Origin: Limisphaerales bacterium
GTDB taxonomy: Bacteria > Verrucomicrobiota > Verrucomicrobiia > Limisphaerales > SXTU01
Assembly (NCBI GenBank): GCA_040081795.1
Contig: JBEBFV010000001.1
Location: 959-64,958, forward strand
Length of the DNA stretch: 64,000 nt
Direction of reading: 5' to 3'
The translations under genes were made by a program, and so were the position numbers. Shown piece after piece: positions 29,900-38,200 of this stretch (the first letter of the stretch is position 1; every line of letters begins with the position of its first letter). Under the pieces are notes generated by a model, which was not told the origin of the DNA, did no database searches, and saw nothing but the letters and a program-made list of their open reading frames with translations.

Positions 29900-29921
29900 T
29901 CGTTCACAAGCGAAAACGGGA

Positions 29922-30923
29922 ATGCACTTCAAGAACTACGAATGGAATGTCGAAAAGCTGAATGGCCTACGTGACCAAATCGACCCGAAGCCACAGTATC
30001 AACGAGGGGACGCTTGGGACGACAGGAAAAGGGCGTTGCTGATTGATTCGGTGCTCAAGAATTTCGACATCCCCAAGATTTACCTTCGCCACAGCAAGCA
30101 CATCAGCCCATTCGATTACGAGGCCGCAGATGGGCAGCAGCGTTTGAAAGCCATCTGGCGCTTTCTTGATGGCCAGCTAGTTCTTGAAGGAATGACTGAT
30201 GAGCATTCGCACTTGAATGGAAGGACTTTTTGCGACCTAAGCGAGCAAGAGCAGCATCACATCATGCAGTATGCCTTCGTAACGACGGTCGTCTACAACG
30301 CGAGCACTGACCAAGTGCGGGAATTGTTTAGGCGACTTCAACTCGGAGTGCGCCTCAATCCTGCTGAACTTCGCAACAGCATGGCGAGCGCACTGGGGAA
30401 CGAAATCAGAGCGATGGCCTTAACCCACCCCTTCTTCAAAAACAGCGCATTCACGTCGGCCCGTTACAAAGCCGATGACCTGTTGGGGCACGCCTTTGCG
30501 ATTCTGATTTACAAACGCAAGCGCGACATCAAAGCCGCTGACTTGAAGGTCATGTATTTGGAACACGATGCGAATGTGGATGCTGCATACTCGAAACAGC
30601 TTAATGCGATGCTGCACGTCATGGACGCGATGCAACGTCACAAGGCGGGCTGCATCAAAACTAAGTGGGGCTTCGTAGATTTAGTGAGTGTCTTGGCCGG
30701 TCGCAATTTGAAAACCCTTGATGCGAATGCTTTTGCTGACGCCTATTCCGATTGGGAGGTTGAAAGGGCGCAGAAAGTGGGGCGACTTGCACAACTTGCT
30801 GCTGCGCGGGCTGGAAGTCGGGATAGGCAACTGTTCGATTACATCACGGCATTTCAAAAAGAGGGAGCAACCAAGAAGCATCTGGAATCAAGGTATGGCG
30901 TGTTGAACTCGGTGCTTCCGTAG
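29922..30923 (+). CDS. DUF262 (ParB-like/GmrSD N-terminal type) protein without recognisable nuclease domain
   Basis: Met 29922 within ORF 29814..30923. Motifs YQRGDAW..LIDSVLKNFDIPKIYL and ADGQQRLKAIWRFL (DGQQR) are present. At 333 aa there is no room for the DUF1524/HNH-type C-terminal domain found in SspE/GmrSD. Confidence 0.8.
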   Translation: MHFKNYEWNVEKLNGLRDQIDPKPQYQRGDAWDDRKRALLIDSVLKNFDIPKIYLRHSKHISPFDYEAADGQQRLKAIWRFLDGQLVLEGMTDEHSHLNGRTFCDLSEQEQHHIMQYAFVTTVVYNASTDQVRELFRRLQLGVRLNPAELRNSMASALGNEIRAMALTHPFFKNSAFTSARYKADDLLGHAFAILIYKRKRDIKAADLKVMYLEHDANVDAAYSKQLNAMLHVMDAMQRHKAGCIKTKWGFVDLVSVLAGRNLKTLDANAFADAYSDWEVERAQKVGRLAQLAAARAGSRDRQLFDYITAFQKEGATKKHLESRYGVLNSVLP

Positions 30924-30933
30924 TCGCAAATTT

Positions 30934-31794
30934 ATGAACGCCTTACCTTCCATTCCAGATGAACTGATTGATTCCCTCAAGAAAGACCGCTGTTCACTAT
31001 TTGTTGGTGCTGGACTTTCGGTGGGCGCTGGCTATCCCACTTGGGTTTCACTGTTGGAGCTTCTTATCCAACGAGCGACTGACCAAGCCATTATTTCCGC
31101 TCAGAAGCAGTCCGAGCTTCTCGACATCGCGAAAGCCCCAAACAAGTGGCTGATGGTCGCTCAAGAATTGAGTGACCTGTATGGGCGAGGGCCGTTCCAC
31201 AACGAGCTTGGCAAGATTTTTGAAGAGACGCAGGTTCAACCGACAAAGGCCCACGAGGTAATTACGCAAATCCCGTTTAAGTTTGTCGTGACCACGAACT
31301 ACGACCAGTTGATTGAGAATGCTTACTTCCCGCTGTTGAAGCGCATCCCGAAGATTTTTACTCATCAGGACACGCCAGATTTTGCAGATGCACTTTGGAA
31401 ACAAGAATTTTTCATTTTGAAAGCGCATGGCGACTTGCAAAAAAGGAGCAGCATTATTCTGACTGAGAAGGATTACAGAACGATTGTGTATTCCTCGCCG
31501 GGCTACAGGGCACTGTTGGCAGCAATTTTCACGACAAAGACTCTCTTGTTTTTGGGTGCCTCGCTAAGTGACCCTGAGATTCAGTTGCTCCTACGCTCCC
31601 TTCACGACGCTTTCCAAGGCTCTGGGCAATACCATTTCGCGCTGGTATCGAACAAAGACTTTAGTGATACAGAGGCGAGTCATTGGCGTAAGAATTACAA
31701 TGTTCGCTGCATTCGATACGAAGCCAGCCAAGGGCACCCGGAATTGACAGGGTTTTTGGAATCCATCAAATCCTCACTCGGCGCAGCCCAATGA
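30934..31794 (+). CDS. SIR2-family (SIR2_2 type) protein, putative NADase effector
   Basis: Motifs LFVGAGLSVGAGYPTW, VVTTNYDQLIENAY, ILKAHGDL and LLFLGASLSDPEI are present. The stop overlaps the next start (ATGA at 31791-31794). Confidence 0.85.
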   Translation: MNALPSIPDELIDSLKKDRCSLFVGAGLSVGAGYPTWVSLLELLIQRATDQAIISAQKQSELLDIAKAPNKWLMVAQELSDLYGRGPFHNELGKIFEETQVQPTKAHEVITQIPFKFVVTTNYDQLIENAYFPLLKRIPKIFTHQDTPDFADALWKQEFFILKAHGDLQKRSSIILTEKDYRTIVYSSPGYRALLAAIFTTKTLLFLGASLSDPEIQLLLRSLHDAFQGSGQYHFALVSNKDFSDTEASHWRKNYNVRCIRYEASQGHPELTGFLESIKSSLGAAQ

Positions 31795-33686
31795 GATGGC
31801 TAAAATTTCTTCGTCACTACGGGCCAGTGCCCCGGAATGACAACATGTATGACGAGACGATTCAGCGGTCGGCTCGTCGTCAGGGAATTGCCCCCATCGA
31901 CTTCGAGCACCCCTATCAGAAACGCATCGCGGACTCCTTCAATCAGGCCACGTCTGACCCGGTATCGGTTATCCTGACTGGAACGGCGGGCGACGGTAAA
32001 ACGCACTTGTGTCGGCAGGTCTGGAAGGCGCTGCAAGGGAAGGACGAGGACTGGGCTTCCGACAATCCCTACCTGACCATCCGCTTCCACTATCCCAAAG
32101 ACCGAACGAAGTGGCCGGACTCGCAAGAACCAAGCCTGTATCGCTCGGTGCAGATTCACTTCATCCGCGACCTGAGCGGATGGGCACCGCAGCAAGGGGC
32201 GGACTGGGATGTAGACAAGGAGGCGCTACTCCAAAAGTTTTGCCACTCGTTGTTCAACGCCGAGGCGGACGAGATTTTTCTTATCGCGGCCAACGATGGT
32301 CAACTCATCGAATCGTTCCGGCGCTTGAAGGACACCGACGACGTGAAGCGGGCGCGGCAGGTGTTCGAGGATTTGCTCGTCGAAGACCGGCAGGAGCAAC
32401 CCGGAGTGCGTCTGCGCTTTTTCAATCTGAGCCGCGCCAGTTCTGCCGAGTTGTTCGACCGCGCCATCGAGAAGTTCCTCGCTCATCCGGGCTGGGACGA
32501 ACTCAAGCTAGGCGTGCCCGGTGAGAACGACGTGTTCGGCCCCAAGTGCCCCATCCGCCAGAACTACGAACTGCTCGGCACGCCGCTGGTCAAAGCGCGG
32601 CTGCGGTCGCTGCTGGAACTGTGCGACTACAATGGCCTTCACGTTCCAGTGCGCCAGATCCTCCTGCTGCTCTCCAATGCTGTGCTCGGCCATCCTGATG
32701 CCAGCCAACATTTGATGCTGCCGAGCGACGTGCCGAAGCTCATCGCGTCGGGCACGGTGTCCAAGGCCAGTCTCTACAACAACATCTTTGGCGCGAACCT
32801 CTCCGACATCCGGCGGCAGTCCATCACCATCTTCGATTTCTTGGAACGGTTCCAAATTGGCTACGAGACATCGAACCGCGTGGACAACTTGCTCATCTTC
32901 GGCGAGGACGACGACCATCTGGGCAGCTACTTCAAGACCTTCGTCGAGCAGGACAAGTTCTACGGTGCTGACGAGCGGTTCTACGCAGCCAAACACGAAT
33001 ACATCGAGGGCACGAGTGAGGATGAGGACAAGGACAAGGAATTCCTGCAAATGCTCGTGGCCCAGCGACGAGGGCTGTTCTTCAAGATTCCCAAGGAGGC
33101 CGAGCACGAGTTGAACCTGTGGGAGTTGACCGTGTTCAGGTTTGCCGGGGAATACCTTGGTGAAATTGTAGACGTGCTCAAACGCGGCGCGGTGGTCAAG
33201 CGCCCGCTCGTGTCTCGCTTGGTCAAAGGGTTGAACCGCGTGTTCACGGGAATGCTCATCAACAGCGACCGTGAACTGTTTTTGGCAACGAGCGGCAACT
33301 ACTCTCAGGCCAAGGTGAGCCGCATCCTCGTGGAGCGCGTGTCGGTAGAGCCGAGCAAGGGCGAGAAAGTGATGCTGCGTTTTGACCAGCCGAGCGGGCG
33401 CGTGTTGCTGTCCGTCTTCTTCACGCCGGAGAGCTTCGTAGACTTCAATCTGACGCTCATCCGTTACGAGTTCTTGTCGCGTATCGCGGTGGAAGGCGCT
33501 CTGCCCGCCAGCTTCTCCAAGGAGTGCTACGAGGATTTGCTCGCGTTCAAGAGTCAACTGATTGCCGCCTACACCAAGCGTCAGGCCAAGGAGGAAGCGC
33601 CAGTGGGTTCCACGATTGCGCTCACGCTTCTGTCTCTGACCGAGCAAGGAACGCCAGACCCACGGGCTGTTGAAATAATGCCATGA
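31791..33686 (+). CDS. P-loop protein, DptF/SspF-like (PT-dependent restriction component candidate)
   Basis: 631 aa with Walker A ILTGTAGDGKTHLCRQVW. It is the first of three translationally coupled genes whose sizes and order (~630/~510/~1760 aa) match the dptFGH/sspFGH pattern. The assignment rests on context and memory of those families. Confidence 0.55.
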   Translation: MRWLKFLRHYGPVPRNDNMYDETIQRSARRQGIAPIDFEHPYQKRIADSFNQATSDPVSVILTGTAGDGKTHLCRQVWKALQGKDEDWASDNPYLTIRFHYPKDRTKWPDSQEPSLYRSVQIHFIRDLSGWAPQQGADWDVDKEALLQKFCHSLFNAEADEIFLIAANDGQLIESFRRLKDTDDVKRARQVFEDLLVEDRQEQPGVRLRFFNLSRASSAELFDRAIEKFLAHPGWDELKLGVPGENDVFGPKCPIRQNYELLGTPLVKARLRSLLELCDYNGLHVPVRQILLLLSNAVLGHPDASQHLMLPSDVPKLIASGTVSKASLYNNIFGANLSDIRRQSITIFDFLERFQIGYETSNRVDNLLIFGEDDDHLGSYFKTFVEQDKFYGADERFYAAKHEYIEGTSEDEDKDKEFLQMLVAQRRGLFFKIPKEAEHELNLWELTVFRFAGEYLGEIVDVLKRGAVVKRPLVSRLVKGLNRVFTGMLINSDRELFLATSGNYSQAKVSRILVERVSVEPSKGEKVMLRFDQPSGRVLLSVFFTPESFVDFNLTLIRYEFLSRIAVEGALPASFSKECYEDLLAFKSQLIAAYTKRQAKEEAPVGSTIALTLLSLTEQGTPDPRAVEIMP

Positions 33687-35221
33687 ACGTGCTGCCACCA
33701 ACCTTGCCGCCACCGGAGAGCTTGGAGCAATCGTCCTCGATGTGGGTGGACGAGGCGATTTGGGGGCACCGCCTCTACGACGAGCAGTTGCCGTGGTTCG
33801 TGTTCCTTGAGTTCCTGAACGTGTTCACGCACGAGGACGACAAGGGCCGTGCTTTCGATGAACAGGGCAGACCGAACGAGTTGAAGTATCGCGCCGCGCA
33901 TCGTCTTTATCTGCGGAACATCCTGTTTAACAACCCGCACTTGCCCGAAATCCGGCTGAACTATCCGAACGACACGAACCGTTGGGATGAATGGAATCGA
34001 AAGATGAAAGCCGGAAAGACTGGGTTGAACCATCCCGACTTCGCTTATCTCAGCAACCGTTTCCACTCGTTTGACGATTTTTCGGAAATCTGGTCGCTAG
34101 TTCGATCCACCAGCCTCGAAGTGAACAGCAACAAGCGGTGGACATCGAAGTTCGTTTTTCCGTATGGACGCGATTGTCTCTACGAGGACTTGGACAACAA
34201 CGCCTCGACCAACGACCGCCGCTTTTTCGGCAGGACGGGCGAGATGCTCTACTTGATGCTCTGCCGCACGAGCCGCAAACAGGAGCTTCTTGCCGCTCTC
34301 AAAGGACGTTTGGAGAAGACGGACAAAACGTGGGATTCCATCATCCGGTGCCTGCAACCGACCGCTGATGAAGACATCAGCAACGAACGCGCAAATGCGT
34401 TTCTGCCCTACGCGAACCACCCGTGCTTCGATGACCTTGCTGATGACTGGTTGGCAGTGCTGCGGCTGAACATTCCGGGTTTCGACGTGTATCCGCATCT
34501 GGTCAATCTGGCCGGGCTGCACCTGCTGAAATACCAGTTGACCGTTTCACGACAGCTTCTCGCCTCGCCAACCCCGCTCACGCTCATCTGTGAAGTGGTC
34601 GCGCCGAAGAAGACCCTCGTCAGGGAAGTCTCCTGCGAACTCTACCAGTCGAACAACTTGCTGCCCGCGCAGGCCGTTGAAGCTTTCTTCAACAACATCG
34701 AGCAGTCCGACGACTGGCAGCGTGCTATCACCGAGAGCGGGGCGTTCGAGAAGTGTAGACGGATTCTCAAAGAGCAAGTGCGTTGGGGTGAGGACTACGA
34801 TGGCCCGTGCGATGCAGGAGAACTCATCTCGCGCCTCCGCCAGGATGCCATGAAGCGCCATCGCCAGCACGTTGCCAACATCCACCGCAACTACGGGCGT
34901 GAAATCGGCCTCGTGTCAAAGCGTGGCACCGTGAAGCTGCGCTACGCACCAACGGACGCGCTGCTCAAGACACTCCTCTTCGCCAACGTCGAAAAGCGCA
35001 TCGAGCTTCATCAGTTCCTTGCCCGTCTACACTCGCGATACGGACTGGTCTTCGGGGACAAGCAGGCCGAGCAGGTGCTCTCGAAGGATGAGTTCGACAA
35101 GAAGGCATTTCAGGGCAACTCGCGTCGCCTTGAACAGCGGCTTGGCAGCTTGGGTTTGTTGCGCCGGTTGTCGGACGGATGCGCTTACGTCGTCAACCCG
35201 TATCACGCAGAGGCCCGATGA
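33683..35221 (+). CDS. DptG/SspG-like protein (assignment by position)
   Basis: 512-aa ORF with 4-nt overlaps to both neighbours. No diagnostic motif was recognised. Confidence 0.45.
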   Translation: MNVLPPTLPPPESLEQSSSMWVDEAIWGHRLYDEQLPWFVFLEFLNVFTHEDDKGRAFDEQGRPNELKYRAAHRLYLRNILFNNPHLPEIRLNYPNDTNRWDEWNRKMKAGKTGLNHPDFAYLSNRFHSFDDFSEIWSLVRSTSLEVNSNKRWTSKFVFPYGRDCLYEDLDNNASTNDRRFFGRTGEMLYLMLCRTSRKQELLAALKGRLEKTDKTWDSIIRCLQPTADEDISNERANAFLPYANHPCFDDLADDWLAVLRLNIPGFDVYPHLVNLAGLHLLKYQLTVSRQLLASPTPLTLICEVVAPKKTLVREVSCELYQSNNLLPAQAVEAFFNNIEQSDDWQRAITESGAFEKCRRILKEQVRWGEDYDGPCDAGELISRLRQDAMKRHRQHVANIHRNYGREIGLVSKRGTVKLRYAPTDALLKTLLFANVEKRIELHQFLARLHSRYGLVFGDKQAEQVLSKDEFDKKAFQGNSRRLEQRLGSLGLLRRLSDGCAYVVNPYHAEAR

Positions 35222-38200
35222 CCAGCGACCAACTCATTGGTAAAGTCGTTGCGAGTTACCTGCGCGACCGTCTCACGGAGGATGATTCCACCGGCGTTGC
35301 CCGTTACCAACTGGATTGCCTGCTCGCCGACCAGACCGCTGCGGTCGCCAAGGCCATCCTCGACGATGCTTCGCTCGCTGCGCTGGTAGACATCAGACTG
35401 CCCATCCACTTTGTCGGTGAGCACGGGTTGCCCGCGCACATCCTCACGAGCGAGCGCACGACGTATTTCCGAAATGCCGCGTGCGCCAAATCCGCTCTGC
35501 TCGTGGCCAACACCGGCGACGACGAAGAGCAGTCGCTCAAGGAACTGGTGCCGATTGGCGGATCAGAACTTCTCGCGCATCCGGCACTCTGGGTGAATTG
35601 GGCTGCCGAGGGATTGCCCATCCTCGCCGAACATCAGCATTGGTGGGTGAAGGCTCTGGAAGGTCTGTTGGAAGTCCGCTCGTTCGCCCTCGACCGGCTT
35701 GCCTCCTACATCTTGCAAACCCGCGTGGCCATCGAAGACGGTCAGACGGTGCTGGCTGCGCTGGGCGTGGCCTTGCCCGCACTGCAAGTCCCGAAAGACA
35801 CGGCCTTCGCTTTGTCACTCACGCCGAAGAATGCCGGTCACCCGTCCCGGTGGAAGGCGCTCTTCGCGCAGGTCATAAAAAAGCGGGCGTGCTTTCTTTT
35901 GAAGCAGACTCCGACACAGGCGTTGTTGCTCGAAGACGATTTGGCGGAGTCGTTCGTGAAGGTGAAGGATTCCATCCCCGACGAGATTCACCCTGCCATT
36001 AAAGCGTTCATCGCTGCCGCGAGCGGGTGGAACCAGCAAGCTGCCGACCTCGCTCAGTGCGAGTGGGAGATGGTTAAGCCGTTGTTCGACGGCTTGAAGA
36101 AGGAGAGGTTCAACCTCGGCAAAGCGACGCTCGAATTTTACGACGAGCGCGATGAGTCGCTGCTGACGGCGGACGAACGCGATTATCTTGAACGCCTCCG
36201 GGACAACAACCGCACCGAGGCTCAGGACGAGGACGAGGACTTTTATCGTCGGCACAGAAACGAACTCAAAGAGTTGGCGGCGCTCAAGTCGAAATGGGAC
36301 AGATTCATCTTCGGTGCGCCCATCGAGACGGAGGACTTCCTGATTGGCCTCACGCTCTGCTTGGAGCGGCTGTTCGACCACGACGACGCGCCATCGTTTA
36401 AGCGCCGCCTGAAAATCACCTGCGACCGGCGCACGAAGAAAGACCTCAAGGAACTGAACGAAGAGGCAGGGCTGTTCTTCGCCCGCCGCTATCGGGGTTT
36501 GAAATCCCTTTTTGGAAATCGCGTTTCGTGGGATGTCGGCGACCTGATGAACTTCGATGCGCTGGCCGACCAGTGGCAGAGGGCATCCAAGCCCTTCCGA
36601 AACAAGTCCGCCGCCAAGGCTGCGTTGCAGTTGAAATTCCTGATTGAGTTGGAGGTTGAACTGACCACCGGCACAACCGAGACATACTTCAAACAACTGG
36701 TCTGGATGTTCGACCCGAACTCCATTGCCAGCGAGTTCGCCGTTGACTGGCTCCGGCTCGCGGAACATCCCCTCATGCTCTGCCGCGTGAACCGTGAGCC
36801 GGTGAGCGGCAAAGGACGATACCAGTCCCTCGACCTGCGAAACGTCCGCACTCTTTCGCCTGCCTACGATCAAGACCGTGGCTCGTTCGTCTCCACCTAC
36901 AAGAAGGAGAACGACATCTCACTGCTCTGGCCGGCGAATCTCATCAAGGCCCAGCAGGAGGGACTCGTGTCCGAGGCGACCGGTGCGAAGCTGCTGTCTT
37001 TGTTCCAAGCCTTTCAGCAGAGCTACCAAGCGGCGGTGAAAGGCTTCGCCGAGGACGGGCTGGCGTGCGCGGGCATGGTCAAGCAGGCCGAGGATTACGG
37101 CGCGTTGCTTGATACCATCTGCCGTGACGCGAAGGGCGACCGGAACCGGGAGAGCCTGCTGCGTCCGTTACTGCAAATTGGCTCCGTTATCGTAGTCGGC
37201 GGTCGCGTCACCGCCATCGTCGCGCCGTGGCATCCGCTCCGGCTCTCGGCGATGGCGAACAAGGCGCTCCAAGTTTCATCGCTGCTCCGGTATTTGTTGA
37301 CGGCTGAAAATGTTTTCTTCGGCGACGCACCGCTGTTCTTCAATGAGCTTGAGGCGGAACTCGCACATCCCTACTGCCCGGAAATCGTCTTGGGCTGGCA
37401 CGACAAGAAGCCAGAGATGCTGTCTCTGACCGACCACCATCTCGACTACAGCCTGCACGAGTCCCCGGTCATCAGCAACGACGGCTACGATGACACGAAC
37501 GAAAGTCCGGCGGAGACATCTACGCTCATCGTGGATTTGACGAAACGGTTCCTGTCCCTCTACCCGCACGAACGGGCCAACCTCTCGGTCGTCCTCTACA
37601 ACTGCGACTCTGCGCGGCTGCCCTATTCGCTCGTAGACAAGATGAACGAGCTTCACGAGGACGAAGATGACATGCGCTGCCAAATCATCCTGCGTCACCG
37701 CGATGGCGCGAAGCTGCGCGAACTCTACGAGAGAATCATCGAGTCCTCGGACGCGGACGCAGACACGTTTGTATCCAGCGAGGCCGCGAAGGATTTCATG
37801 GCCCGGCTCCGCATCGGCATCATGGCTGACCAAGCGCCGGTGCCTGACCCGAAGGATGGCCCTCCTGCTGACATGGTGTTCTTGCAGGATGTCATCGCCC
37901 GGCACGCGGGCATGGAGTGGTATCCAGAAACCTGCGTGCCCGTTGACTCTGCGACCTTTATCCCGGCCCGTTGGTCACGGAGGCGTCCCTCTCCGAGCGA
38001 CGACATGAAGTCCGTGGTCTACCTGTGCTGCCCCGTGCAGACCAAGGAGGGCTGGTCGTTCATCACCGCCTTGACCACCTTCATCCGGGGCGACTGGGAT
38101 TGTGTCGAAGGCAAGCGCCTGCTTCCGGCCCGCAAACTCGACTTCAACGACCCGCAAACGGCGAGCATCTTCAAAGAGATTCACAACCTCGGAAACTGGG

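Noticed and set aside
32508-36873. Long minus-strand ORFs (32508..33713, 35815..36873) inside the dptF/H-like genes
   Set aside because: These are antisense shadow ORFs with low-complexity translations.
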